A stretch of 64,000 bases of DNA from Macrostomum lignano (taxonomy: Eukaryota). Where the stretch lies: positions 434,001-498,000 of the forward strand of contig NIVC01000032.1 of assembly GCA_002269645.1 (NCBI GenBank). The letters are read 5' to 3'. Every line of letters begins with the position of its first letter. Position 1 is the first letter of the stretch. The position numbers were made by a program, and so were the translations under genes. The notes under the pieces were generated by a model that saw nothing but the letters and a program-made list of their open reading frames with translations, was not told where the DNA came from and made no database searches. Shown in pieces: positions 34,090-48,200 of this stretch.

Positions 34090-34525
34090 AGTGACACTGA
34101 GAGTGCTCACTAATATCAGAGTGACAATCATAGTGCTCACTAATATCAGAGTGACACTGAGAGTGCTCACTTATATCAGAGTGACAATCATAGTGCTCAC
34201 TAATATCAGAGTGACAATCATAGTGCTTACTAATATCGGAGTGACACAGAGAGTGCTCACTAATATCAGAGTGACAATCATAGTGCTCACTAATATCAGA
34301 GTGACAATCATAGTGCTTACTAATATCGGAGTGACACTGAGAGTGCTCACTAAGATCAGAGTGACAATCATAGTGCTCACTAATATCGGAGTGACAATCA
34401 TAGTGCTTACTAATAGAGTATCAGAGTGACAATAATAGTACTCACTAATATCAGAGTGACAATCAGAGTGCTCATTAACATCAGAGTGATAATCAAAGTG
34501 CTCACTAATATCGGAGTGACAATCA
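34090..34525. repeat. 30-bp minisatellite (AGAGTGACAATCATAGTGCTCACTAATATC)
   Basis: Read directly. Confidence 0.93.
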
Positions 34526-34577
34526 GAGTGCTCTAGTTCTGAACAACCTACCCACCATACCCAAATAACATTGCTAG

Positions 34578-36681
34578 GCAAGCTCAAAGCCAACTCAAGC
34601 CGCACTCAGTCCGGACTCAGCAACATCAGCTATCGAGAGCCTGGACGCGCGCTGCTCACGGCTGCATCGCAACCTGTTCGACTTCTACGTCTGCGTCAAC
34701 AGGACGAACTATTTGGACATGCTTAAACAATTCCAACGCAACGTGGAAGAGTCGCGCGAATTTGAAGTTCCAATATTTGCTACTATTATCAGTGTGTACT
34801 GCCTGTTCATCTTGTTCGGCCTGTTTGGCAACGGGATGGTCATTCTGACTGTCTGGCGCAATCGGTCAATGCGAAATGCGCGCAATATTTTTATTGTCAA
34901 TTTGGCTGTGTCGGATTTTATTTTATGCCTGCTGACTCAGCCGATGAATATAATGCGATTGTTTCCTAATTTCATCAGCTGGGAGTTCGGCCGACTGCTC
35001 TGCAAAGTTGTCAACACCCTGACTGGATTGAATATGTTTGTGTCCACCTTCTCCATTACGGCTATTGCTTTGGACAGGTTTCAGGTTGGTTTCTGGTTGT
35101 ATTGGGTTTTAGGGGTGAGAAGACAGGGGCGTCAGAGGGGAGGAAGAGGGGGGAAAGAGGGAAAGAAGAGGAGGGGAAGAGGGGAGGAAGAGGGGGGAAA
35201 AAGAAGGGGAAGAGGAGGGGAAGAGGAGAGGAAGAGGAGGGGAAGAGGAGGGGAAGAGGGGAGGAAGAGGAGCGAAAGAGGAGAGGAAGAGGAGAAAAAG
35301 AGGGAAGGAAGAGGAGGGAAAGAGGGAAGGAAGAGGAGGGAAAGAGGGAAGGAAGAGGAGGGAAAGAGGAGAGGAAGAGGAGGGGAGGAAGAGGGGGAAG
35401 GAAGAGGAGGGGAAGGGGGAGGAAGAGGGGAGGAAGAGGAGGGGAGGTAGAGGAGGGGAGGTAGAGAGGATGAAAAGGAGGGGGAAGCGGGAAAACAAGG
35501 AAGAGTGGAGAGAGGGATACTGCCATAGACTGCAGACACTGCAGTTACTCATACAGCTACCAGTAGTGAACGTAACAGACTCAGTCTACATATATTCTTG
35601 CAAATACCATCCAACAAAACAGACAAATTAACTTTTCAAGCCAAGCCCACTTCCCCAACACGCGCAGGTGATAGTTTACCCAACTAGGACCCGGATGAGC
35701 CGGCACGCCATGACCCTCTGTCTGGCCGCTATCTGGGGCTCAGCAGGTCTGATGGCAAGCCCGCTGGCACTGTTCGCCGACATCCAACACCACCCGATCA
35801 ATTTTGGTCGCGATTTCAACGCCCGGGTGAACAAAATCTGCAGCGAGATCACTACCAGGATATTTGTGAAGTACGCTAAACTGGCCTACAGCAGTGGAGT
35901 ACTGGTTGTGCAGTACCTCGTACCCCTGGGCATTGTGGTGGCAGCTTACACCAGAATCTGCGTTCGGTTGCGTCACCGAATGAAGTCGATGCGGGACCAG
36001 CAGGGCGAGCAGAAGCAGAAGACTCCGCAGCAGCCTGTGTCAGCATATCGTAAAAATCGTCAAGCCGCTGAAGCACTTCGTCAGAGACGAGCCAACCGGC
36101 TGCTGGTCACCATCGCCATCGTATTCTGCCTTTCCTGGCTGCCGCTCACCATAGTGAACATTGTGCACGACTTTCGCGTTCTCAAAGTTAAAGAAGAATT
36201 CGAACGAGAAGACGAACTCAACGCAATTATTCGACAGCAAAACAAGTCGTTCCCTAAGCCGACGTTCAATGAAGGGTTGAGCATTGGCAACTTGACGATG
36301 AATTCGAACTTTCGAGTCGGTTTAGACAGCGCAAGAGGTGCTAACAGCGATGTCAAGGGTGGCTCAACGTCATCTAAGAGTTCTCAACTAGCTGTGGCAG
36401 CGTCTCAAAGCATCCCACTGCTTCTGGTGCTGGTGTCCGCCTGCCTGAATCCGGTGTTTTACGGCTGGTTCAATGAGAACTTTCAATCCGAGTTCTACCG
36501 GCTGCTCTGCTTGAACCGGTTGGCCCGAGCTGGGCCCAGGTTCCGGGCTAGCAACGGGAGTCGGCAGAGAGATGAGCAGCCTCAGCAGCAGCAGCAGGCC
36601 GCTATACCCCTGATTGTGCTCCCAGGTGGTAATGATGAACAGCAAACGGATCAGGATTCAATTGTGGCTATTGATAGATAG
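34578..36681 (+). CDS. Class A GPCR, neuropeptide Y/F receptor-like; exons 34578 (or ATG at 34719)-35084 and 35668-36681
   Basis: GLFGNGMV; RNIFIVNLAVSD; WEFGRLLCK; IALDRFQ|VIVYP; FCLSWLPL; ACLNPVFYGWFNENFQSEF. The frame is open upstream to an acceptor TTGCTAG at 34577, so a further 5' exon may exist (candidate ATG 28917-28940 with donor GTACAA, unproven). Confidence 0.9.
35135..35510. repeat. Purine-rich (GGA/GAA) low-complexity tract in the GPCR intron
   Basis: Read directly. Confidence 0.9.
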
Positions 36682-36981
36682 ATGATGAAAGACTTAGACT
36701 ATTTCTGAGACTTTCTCGATCAGGGATCGAACTTCTGACAATCTGAAATGAGACGGTTGGATATTTCAGATATAGATACAGAATATAGAAAACAAGAACC
36801 CGTGATTCAACGTGCTTCAGGCTTGAATTATAGCGTACAACATTTTATGGATGCTTTTTGCACCGCTTATCTTGTTACACTCGATCAGAACCATTGAAGA
36901 GTGAGCACCCATTTTTGTCTGGTCGCAATGAGAGTCACAGATCATGTTCTGTGGTTTGAACTCTTAGCTTTTACGTCACTC

Positions 36982-38940
36982 CTGTTTCTTGGTTGGCGCC
37001 CCTGTCTCTTGGGTGGGCGCCCCTGTCTCTTGGTTGGCGCCCCTGTCTCTTGGGTGGGCGCCCCTGTCTCTTGGGTGGGCGCCCCTGTCTCTTGGTTGGC
37101 GCCCTTGTCTCTTGGGTATGCGCCCCTGTCTCTTGGGTATGCGCCCCTGTCTCTTGGTGAGCGCCCCTGTCTCTTGGTGAGCGCCCCTGTCTCTTGGTGG
37201 ACGCCCCTGTCTCTTGGTTGGCGCCCCTGTCTCTTGATGGGCGCCCCTGTCTCTTGGGTGGGCGCCCCTGTCTCTTGATGGGCGCCCCTGTCTCTTGGGT
37301 GGGCGCCCCTGTCTCTTGGGTGGGCGCCCCTGTCTCTTGGTTGGCGCCCCTGTCTCTTGGGTATGCGCCCCTGTCTCTTGGGTATGCGCCCCTGTCTCTT
37401 GGTGAGCGCCCCTGTCTCTTGGTGGGCGCCCCTGTCTCTTGATGGGCGCCCCTGTCTCTTGGGTGGGCGCCCCTGTCTCTTGATGGGCGCCCCTGTCTCT
37501 TGGGTGGGCGCCCCTGTCTCTTGGTTGGCGCCCCTGTCTCTTGGGTATGCGCCCCTGTCTCTTGGTGAGCGCCCCTGTCTCTTGGTGAGCGCCCCTGTCT
37601 CTTGGTGGACGCCCCTGTCTCTTGGTGGGCGCCCCTGTCTCTTGATGGGCGCCCCTGTCTCTTGGGTGGGCGCCCCTGTCTCTTGATGGGCGCCCCTGTC
37701 TCTTGGGTGGGCGCCCTTTATTTCTTGATGGGCGTCCCTGTCTCTTGGGTGGGCGCCCCTGTCTCTTGGGTGGGCGCCCCTGTCTCTTGGTTGGCGCCCC
37801 TGTCTCTTGGTGAGCGCCCCTGTCTCTTGGTGGGCGCCCCTGTCTCTTGGTGAGCGCCCCTGTCTCTTGGTGAGCGCCCGTCTCTTGGTGAGCGCCCCTG
37901 TCTCTTGGTGGACGCCCCTGTCTCTTGGTGAGCGCCCCTGTCTCTTGGTGAGCGCCCCTGTCTCTTGGTGAGCGCCCGTCTCTTGGTGTGCCGTCCCTGT
38001 CTCTTGATGGGCGCCCCTGTCTCTTGGGTGGGCGCCCCTGTCTCTTGATGGGCGCCCCTGTCTCTTGGGTGGGCGCCCTTTATTTCTTGATGGGCGTCCC
38101 TGTCTCTTGGGTGGGCGCCCCTGTCTCTTGGGTGGGCGCCCCTGTCTCTTGGTTGGCGCCCCTGTCTCTTGGTGGGCGCCCCTGTCTCTTGGTGAGCGCC
38201 CCTGTCTCTTGGTGAGCGCCCGTCTCTTGGTGAGCGCCCCTGTCTCTTGGTGGACGCCCCTGTCTCTTGGTGAGCGCCCCTGTCTCTTGGTGAGCGCCCC
38301 TGTCTCTTGGTGAGCGCCCGTCTCTTGGTGTGCCGTCCCTGTCTCTTGATGGGCGCCCCTGTCTCTTGGGTGGGCGCCCCTGTCTCTTGGTTGGCGCCCC
38401 TGTCTCTTGGGTGGGCGCCCCTGTCTCTTGGGTGGGCGCCCCTGTCTCTTGGTTGGCGCCCTTGTCTCTTGGGTATGCGCCCCTGTCTCTTGGGTATGCG
38501 CCCCTGTCTCTTGGTGAGCGCCCCTGTCTCTTGGTGAGCGCCCCTGTCTCTTGGTGAGCGCCCCTGTCTCTTGGTGGACGCCCCTGTCTCTTGATGGGCG
38601 CCCCTGTCTCTTGATGGGCGCCCCTGTCTCTTGGGTGGGCGCCCCTGTCTCTTGATGGGCGCCCCTGTCTCTTGGGTGGGCGCCCTTTATTTCTTGATGG
38701 GCGTCCCTGTCTCTTGGGTGGGCGCCCCTGTCTCTTGGGTGGGCGCCCCTGTCTCTTGGTTGGCGCCCCTGTCTCTTGGTGAGCGCCCCTGTCTCTTGGT
38801 GGGCGCCCCTGTCTCTTGGTGAGCGCCCCTGTCTCTTGGTGAGCGCCCGTCTCTTGGTGGGCGCCCCTGTCTCTTGATGGGCGCCCCTGTCTCTTGGGTG
38901 GGCGCCCTTTATTTCTTGATGGGCGCCCCTGTCTCTTGGG
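36982..38940. repeat. 19/20-bp minisatellite (GCGCCCCTGTCTCTTGGTG), about 100 copies
   Basis: Read directly. Confidence 0.97.
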
Positions 38941-39664
38941 CCGGTGGATGCCACATCCAAAAATAGTAGCTCTTGTCATTTGTCTAGTTTGGCTTACCTT
39001 TTCAATCTACGAGGTGTCAGAAATACATGTATTTAAAGAAATTTTCTGCTTCAAAATGACGCCATATTTATATCGCTGCTACCATGTTTTGCTCCGGGAT
39101 TAAAAGTGTGAGAACTTACCGGACACATTGCAGTTGTTGTGTACGAGCTAAGCCACATTACTGGGCCTGCGTCAATCTTCTTTGAATTATTATCAAAAAC
39201 TTTGTTAGGATCAAACGTCCTTGAAATTTTACGAATGCACCGTACGCGGATCTCTGTCAAGGACCAGCCCCCCCCCCCCCCTGGCAGTAAGAGGTCGCTT
39301 TGCAATTGACCAAATTATAGGGATTTTTTTGCAAATCTTATTTCCCAAACCTGACTATTTATGCTGATGGATATTATAATACTGTTTACGTAAGCCAGAA
39401 TGTTATGCTCAGTGACTGACTCTACACTTATAATAATGTCACAATTAGAAATTAAGGTGTTTTTAATTGTGCCCTTCGTTCATTGTCCAATCAGTAAAGT
39501 ATATGTGATAGCAAATGTATACTGGTAGCCTACGTTAAAAATATTTTAATAACTTGTTCTCTAAATTATTCACATTTGCCATTTGAACAATTTAGCCAAT
39601 TGAGCCAATGCAAATTACAATTAATGACGATTCTGTGTTTTAACGGCGATTCTCATGATCAACT

Positions 39665-40530
39665 AATGACAATTCTCAGCATCTCAGGGCTGTTTAATGA
39701 CAATTCTCAGGGTTGTTTAATGGCGATTCTCAGGGTTGTTTAATGGCGACTCTCAGGGTTGTTTAATGGCGATTCTCAGGGTTGTTTAATGGCGACTCTC
39801 AGGGTTGTTTAATGGCGATTCTCAGGGTTGTTTAATGGCGACTCTCAGGGTTGTTTAATGGCGATTCTCAGGGTTGTTTAATGGCGACTCTCAGGGTTGT
39901 TTAATGGCGACTCTCAGGGTTGTTTAAGGGCGACTCTCAGGGTTGTTTAAGGGCGATTCTCAGGGTTGTTTAATGGCGATTCTGAGGGTTGTTTAGTGGC
40001 GACTCTCAGGGTTGTTTAATGACGATTCTCAGGGTTGTTTAATGACAATTCTCATGGTTATTTAATGACGATTCTCAGGTTTGTTTAATGGCGACTCTCA
40101 GGTTTGTTTAATGGCGACTCTCAGGGTTGTTTAGTGGCGATTCTCAGGGTCGTTTAGTGACGATTCTCAGGGTTGTTTAAGGGCGACTCTCAGGGCTGTT
40201 TAATGACGATTCTCAGGGCTGTTTAATTACGATTCTCAGGGTTATTTAGTGGCGATTCTCAGGGTTGTTTAATGGAGACTCTCAGGGTTGTTTAATTACG
40301 ATTATCAGGGTTATTTAATGACGATTCTCAGGGGGTTGTTTAAGGGGAATTCTCAGGGCTGTTTAATGACGATTCTCAGGGTTGTTTAAGGGCGATTCTT
40401 AGGGTTGTTCAATGGCAATTCTCAGGGTTTTTAACGGCGATTCTCATGATCAACTAATGACGATTCTCAGGCTGTTTAATGGCGATTCTCAGGGTTGTTT
40501 AAGGGCGATTCTCAGGCTTGTTTAAGGGCG
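39665..40530. repeat. 23-bp minisatellite (CTCAGGGTTGTTTAATGGCGATT)
   Basis: Read directly. Confidence 0.94.
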
Positions 40531-41316
40531 ATTCTTGAAAAAATCCGAATAACAACACGCAAATTAAAATTGAACTCAAGTGAAATATTCAATTTCGAGT
40601 TATTCAACATTTCTAACAGAAAAAGAAACATTAGGAGCCTTGTAACACACTGGTGTATTAAATGATAACTGATACTAGCGCACATTAATTTTCAGACCCT
40701 TATAAGACAGACTACTGAAGTCAGTAGACGGAACAGAAATAATAACATTAATTTTATAAATTTAATTACTAAACTCTGCTAACGAAGAATATATGTCACA
40801 GGCACTAGAAGCTAAAATTAAAATAATTTGTGCAATTATATTTAGTTAAAAAATTATTGGAATAGAATAATTCTTTTGCAGCCTAAATAAAGGGGTGCGC
40901 GTTACCACTTTTAACGATATCAGCTATTCTAAACAGAGTCGGACTCGGAAGTCAGAATGACGTCATAAAACAGAAACATGAGCTCTGATGGCATTTAGAA
41001 ATTCTTTAAAGCCAACGAAAAAAGCTAGACATTCCTTAACAAGTTATCCTCCTATGATGCCATTATGATCCCATGCAATAAAGTCACTATAATGAAAACT
41101 ATACTATTGTATAATTGTATAATTATATAACACAGGGTGTGCCACCGTAGCATATAATAAAAAAATTTAACTCAAAAAATAAAATTTTACTAAGCTACTA
41201 ACCCGATGACGTCACTAAGAAACAAAGGACTTCACTAAACTAATTAAATGATTATGTGACTAATTATGTGACAACTGATGTCGTCACCAGAAACCAATTT
41301 GTCATCACTATAACCA

Positions 41317-41995
41317 TGACGTCACTAGAAAACTACTGATAGCACTATAACCATGACAACAGTAAAACCATAATGACGTCACTAGAACCCTAATGGCGTC
41401 ACTTGAACTATAATGACGTCACTAGAACCCGAATGACGTCACTAGAACCCTAATGGCGTCACTTGAACTATAATGACGTCACTAGAACCCGAATGACGTC
41501 ACTAGAACCCGAATGACGTCACTAGAACTATAATGGCATCACTAAAACCATAATGACGTCACTAGAATCCGAATGACGTCACGATAACACCCTAATGACG
41601 TCACTAGAACCCTAATGACGTCACTAGAACCCTAATGACGTCACTAGGACCCTAATGACGTCGCTATAACCCTAATGACGTCACTAGGACCCTAATGACG
41701 TCACTATAACCCTAATGACGTCACTATAACCCTAATGACGTCACTGGAACCATAATGACGTTACTACAACCTTAATGACGTCACTAGAACCCTAATGACG
41801 TAACTAGAAACCTAATGACGTCAGTAGAACCCGAATGATGTCACTAGTACCTCAATGACATCACTAGAACCTCAATGGCATCAGTAGAACCATAATGACG
41901 GCACTATTACCATAATGACGTCAATAGAACCCTAATGACGTCTATAGAACCCTATAACGTCTATAGAACCCTAATGACGTCATTACAACCTTAAT
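41317..41995. repeat. 20-bp minisatellite (AATGACGTCACTAGAACCCT) containing the CRE palindrome TGACGTCA
   Basis: Read directly; about 20 intact TGACGTCA octamers. Confidence 0.92.
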
Positions 41996-42247
41996 GACGC
42001 AACACTAGTACAAATGACCTCACAAAAAAGCACCGATTACATTATTGGAGCTCTCTAAATACGTCATTAAGAAAAATCCAACGTCGCCATGACGTCGTTG
42101 AGATACGAAATTAATGCCCCAATTAGAATTCCAACAATGTGACAAAAGATGATAACTTATATACTATTAGCAGGGCCTAGGATTTCAAGATATTTATCAT
42201 TTTGATAAAAATAATCAATTAATTAGAGCGCCTAATAATGACAGCTA

Positions 42248-45200
42248 CTAATCAGAGTCAGCTAGTCCCGGCAGTCGATGCTGAGTAGCCGCATCCAAGC
42301 CCATGGCGGCGGCCAGTGAGCATAGCGCCGAGGCGGTCTGTCGAGCCTCCAGATGGGCTCGCGCGTCTCGGATCCAGTCGTCAGCCAGCAGGCGAGCCAT
42401 GCCAGGCAGACGGGCCATCGCTCTGACGGCCGTCTCCAGATCGCCCCGATCGTTCAGAGCGGCCTCGGCCGTGTCCAACCAATCGAACAAGCTGGGCGGG
42501 TTTTGAGGATCAACCGGGTCTTCGGGTTTTAGAGGCTTAGCCGCTCGGCGAAGCATGAGCGAGGCCTGACAGTTGGGATGGGATTGAGTAATTATTTTAC
42601 TGCACTACTTATAGTAAAAATATAAGAAAAACTGTTAATGATGAAAAAAAGAAATAAATTTATCGAATACACTACTAATAGCAAATGAAGTTCAAGTCTT
42701 TAATAGACATTTTAGGAATGTAGGTTTACAGATTAGGATGATTTAGGAGTATGGGATTTAGGGTGGAGATTATCTAAGAGTATGGGATTTAGGATGAGGA
42801 TTATCTAAGAGTATGGGATTTAGGATGAGGATTATCTAGGAGTATGGGATTTAGGATGGGGATTATCTAGGAGTATGGGATTTAGGTTTTAGGATGGGGA
42901 TTATCTAGGAGTATGGGATTTAGGTTTTAGGATGGGGATTATCTAGGAGTATGGGATTTAGGTTTTAGGATGGGGATTATCTGGGATTATGAGATTTAGA
43001 ATAGGGATTATCTAGGAGTATGGGATTTAGGATGGGGATTATCTAGGAGTATAGGATTTAGGAGGGGGATTATCTGGGATTATGAGTTTTAGAATGGGGA
43101 TTATTTAGGAGTATGGGATTTAGGATGGGGATTATCTGGGATAATGAGTTTTAGAATGGGGATTATCTAGGAGTATGGGATTTAGGATGGGGATTATCAA
43201 GGAGTATGGGATTTAGGAGGGGGATTATCTGGGATTAGAGTTTTAGAATGGGGATTATCTAGGAGTATGGGATTTAGGATGGGGATTATCTATTGTAGGA
43301 GTATGGGATTTAGGTTTTAGGATGGGGATTATCTAGTATGGGATTTAGGATGAGGATTATCTAGGAGTATGGGATTTAGGTTGGGGATTATCGAGGATGA
43401 GATCGACTTTTATCTCCTCATCTCTTAATCCTCACCTGCAAGCGGCTAACCAGATGAAGCCACAGGCTGCCGCCAGTCTCAGGTATCAGCGCCACCTGCG
43501 CACAGGCCCTCCGGACACGGGCGAATCGAGTTACGAGGGCCTCGTCGCTGGCGACGGTGCAACGGGTCGGCAGGGCTGCGGTCAGGGCGCTGGCGGCGTC
43601 GTCCTGACCAAGGCGAGACGCCAGCGCCACGACGGCTTCCATTGGGGCGCGGAAATTCCTGCCAGAAGTCACGGCGTCTCGAAGACTGTGAGCGGCTAGC
43701 CAGAGTTGCTGGGCGCGTTGGGCGCTCTCCAGTGCCTCGGCCCGGCCTTCGACGGCTGACTCGACACCGCGTACTCGAGCGGTCCAACCCTTGCGGTTTG
43801 GAAGATTAGTTGGTGTAATGTGTAATGAGCTAAGGTGTAATATATAATATGTAATCAGATTAGGTGTAATATGTAATCAGATTATGTATAATATGTAATC
43901 AGATTAGGTGTAATATGTAATCAGATTAGGTGTAATATTTAATCAGATTAGGTGTAATATGTAATCAGATTAGGTGTAATATGTAGTCAGATTAGGTGTA
44001 ATATGTAATCAGATTAGGTGTAATATGTAATCAGATTAGGTGTAATATGTAATCAGATTAGGTGTAATATGTAATCAGATTAGGTGTAATATGTAATCAG
44101 ATTGGGTGTAATATGTAATCAGATTATGTGTAACATGTAATCAGATTAGGTGTAATATGTAATCAGATTAGGTGTAATATGTAATCAGATTAGGTGTAAT
44201 ATGTAATCAGATTAGGTGTAATATGTAATCAGATTAGGTGTAATATGTAATCAGATTAGGTGTAATATGTAATCAGATTAGGTGTAATATGTAATCAGAT
44301 TAGGTGTAATATGTAATCAGATTAGGTGTAATATGTAATCAGATTAGGTGTAATATGTAATCAGATTAGGTGTAATATGTAATCAGATTAGGTGTAATAT
44401 GTAATCAGATTATGTGTAATATGTAATCAGATTAGATGTAATATGTAATCAGATTAGGTGTAATATGTAATCAGATAAGGTGTAATATGTAATCAGATTA
44501 GGTGTAATATGTAATCAGATTAGGTGTAATATGTAATCAGATTATGTGTAATATGTAATCAGATTGTGTAATATGTAATCAGATTAGGTGTAATATGTAA
44601 TCAGATTAGGTGTAATATGTAATCAGATTAGGTGTAATATGTAATCAGATGTGTAATATGTAATCAGATTAGGTGTAATATGTAATCAGATTGGGTGTAA
44701 TATGTAATCAGATTATGTGTAATATGTAATCAGATTAGGTGTACTATGTAATCAGATTGGGTGTAATATGTAATCAGATTATGTGTGATATGTAATCAGA
44801 TTAGGTGTAATATGTAATCAGATTAGGTGTAATATGTAATCAGATTATGTGTAATATGTAATCAGATTAGGTGTAATATGTAATCAGATTAGGTGTAATA
44901 TGTAATCAGATTATGTGTAATATGTAATCAGATTAGGTGTAATATGTAATCAGATTAGGTGTAATATGTAATCGGATTAGGTGTAATATGTAATCAGATT
45001 AGGTGTAATATGTAATCAGATTATGTGTAATATGTAATCAGATTAGGTGTAATATGTAATCAGATTAGGTGTAATATGTAATCAGATTAGGTGTAATATG
45101 TAATCAGATTAGGTGTAATATGTAATCAGATTAGGTGTAATATGTAATCAGATTAGGTGTAATATGTAATCAGATTAGGTGTAATATGTAATCAGATTAG

Positions 45201-48200
45201 GTGTAATATGTAATCAGCTTGCGTAAAACGAATCAGAATAGAAATTAGTTCTACCTGCAGAGCGGCCTCAAACTCCTCGTGCTCCTTGAGCAGAGCGGCC
45301 CGCAGCTCCGCCTGATGCTCCCTAGTCAGCTGATCCCGCAGAGTCCTGGTCAGCTGGGTCACGTGATTTGTGTGAGCCGCCGCATGCCTGCTCAACTCCT
45401 GCTGCAATTCCACTTCCCAAGATTCGCGCAGCTGTTGAGTCTGTAAATTAGAAAAATAGGCAGGATGAAGCAAAATGAGCGCAAATATTATATCTATTTT
45501 AGAAATCCCAAAATTTCCCAACCTGAGGGTAGACATTCCAAAATCTCCCAACTGGAGGATAGAAATCCTGAAATTTCCCAGATCGAGGATAGAAATCCCG
45601 AAATCTCCTAACTAGACGATAGAAATCCCAAAATCTCCCAACTGTAGGATCGAAATAACAAAATCTCCCAACTGGAGGATATAAATCTCAAAATCTCCCA
45701 ACTGGATATAAATCCCAAAATCTCCCAACTGGAAGATAAAATTCTCAAAATCTCCCAACTGGATATAAATCCCAAAATCTCCCAACTGGAAGATATAAAT
45801 CTCAAAATCTCCCAACTGGAGGATATAAATCTCAAAATCTCCCAACTGGAGGAGATAAATCCCAAAATCTCCCAACTGGAGGATATAAATCTCAAAATCT
45901 CCTAACTGGAGGATATAAATCTCAAAATCTCCTAACTGGAGGATATAAATCTCAAAATCTCCCAACTGGAGGATATAAATCTCAAAATCTCCCAACTGGA
46001 GGATCATCTCAAAATCTCCCAACTGGAGGATATAAATCTCAAAATCTCCCAACTGGAGGATATAAATCTCAAAATCTCCCAACTGGAGGATATAAATCTC
46101 AAAATCTCCCAACTGGAGGATATAAATCTCAAAATCTCCCAACTGGAGGATATAAATCTCAAAATCTCCCAACTGGAGGATATAAATCTCAAAATCTCCC
46201 AACTGGAGGATATAAATCCCAAAATCTCCCAACTGGAGGATATAAATCTCAAAATCTCCCAACTGGAGGATATAAATCTCAAAATTTCCCAATCGGAGGA
46301 TAAAAATCCCAAAATCTCCCAACTGGAGGATAGAAATCCCTAAATCTCCCAAATCGAGGATAGAAATTCCTTAAGCATACTAGATAATTAGCAATAAAAA
46401 ACTAAACTCACAAGTCTCTTCTTCTCTTCCTCCCATTGCAGCATCTGCTGTTTGAGTTCCCGCTCAACCGCAGCCTCAGTCATCGCGGTCCCGGCAGCTG
46501 CACTTTTATCAACAGCCTGTTGCACCAGGTGACGCTCGCGCTGTTCAAATTCTTCCACTTGCTTTTGTAGTGCCAGAATCTTTGAATGCGCGTGAGCGAT
46601 CAACAACTGGAGGTCCTCGCGACTGAGATCGGCATCTGAAAAAAATTATATAGGTAAAAAAACTAATTAGATGACGAGGCATTTGGCAGTCATAGAGATG
46701 TATAGTTACTCCTTCTATGTACTTTTCTAAGAACTGAATGTTAAGGCGATTTTCTAATGGTAGCTAAACACAGAAATTTCTAAAAGTACATTAGGGGCAA
46801 TATTCCAATGGTAGCTAACCACAGAAGAATCTAAAAGTACATTAGGGGCAATATTCCAATGGTAGCTAACCACAGAAGAATCTAAAAGTACATTAGGGAC
46901 AATATTCCAATGGTAGCTAACCACAGAAGAATCTAAAAGTACATTAGGGACAATATTCCAATGGTAGCTAACCACAGAAGAATCTTAAAAAGTACATTAG
47001 GAGAAATATTCCAATGGAAGCTAACCACAAAAGAATCTTAAAAAGTACATTAGGGGCAATATTTCAATGGTAGCTAACCACAGAAGAATCTTAAAAAGTA
47101 CATTAGGGGCAATATTCCAATGGTAGCTAACCACAGAATAATCTTAAAAAGTACATTAGGGGCAATATTCCAATGGTAGCTAACCACAGAAGAATCTAAA
47201 AGTACATTAGGAGCAATATTCCAATGGTAGCTAACCACAGAAGAATCTAAAAGTACATTAGGAGCAATATTCCAATGGTAGCTAACCACAGAAGAATCTA
47301 AAAGTACATTAGGAGCAATATTCCTATGGTAGTTAACTACAGAAGAATCTAAAAGTACATTAGGGGCAATATTCCAATGTTAGCTAACCATAGAAGAATC
47401 TAAAAGTACATTAGGGGCAATATTGCAATGTTAGCTAACCATAGAAGAATCTAGAAGTACGAGCATTAGGGGAAATATTGCAATGGCAGCCAAACCAGAA
47501 GAATATAAAAGTACACTAGGGTTACTTTTCTAATGGCAGCTAAACACAGAAAATTCTATAAGTACATCATGCACTAAATAAAATATCCAAAATCTCACCT
47601 GGACTGCGCTTATCTAAAGGCAGCAGATTTTCAACTTCCGAGCGCAGCATTTGCTGTTGCTGTTTGTCTGCTTCAACTTTGTACTCGGATAGAATTCGAG
47701 TTTCTGCTTCCGCTCGATCAGTCTAATGGTTATATTTTTGAATTTTGTATTAATATTGATACCCCAGCTATTCATTTATTTACAAATTACTTACATTGGC
47801 CCTGATGCTGTCCAACTCAAATAGGAAAGTTTTGTACTCGGCCAGACCAGATTTTGCCGCCGAGTTGCTTTGCACTTTAGGATCGTCTAGGACTGATTTG
47901 AACTGGGATAGCAGCTTCCTGCAGGTGGCCGGGTTCGCGTCATGAGGTGACTGGGAAGCTGGTAGGCTGGTCCAGCAACTGAGGATCTGGGAGGCTGGTC
48001 CAGCAACTGAGGATCTGGGAGGCTGGTCCAGCAACTGACACTATGGGAGGCTGGCACAGCAACTGAGGATCCGGGAGGCTGGCCCAGCAACTGACACTCT
48101 GGGAGGCTGGCCCAGCAACTGACACTCTGGGAGGCTGGCCCAGCAACTGACACTCTGGGAGGCTGGCCCAGTAACTAAGGATCTGGGAGGCTGGCCCAGC

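Noticed and set aside
36942-38960. 672-aa ORF and overlapping ORFs
   Set aside because: Translation of a 19/20-bp minisatellite; no splice or domain support
39051-39305. 84-aa minus-strand ORF in unique sequence
   Set aside because: No recognisable homology or consistent splice partners
42745-43392. TTTAGG words as interstitial telomeric repeat
   Set aside because: They are isolated words inside a 31-bp unit, not tandem TTAGGG
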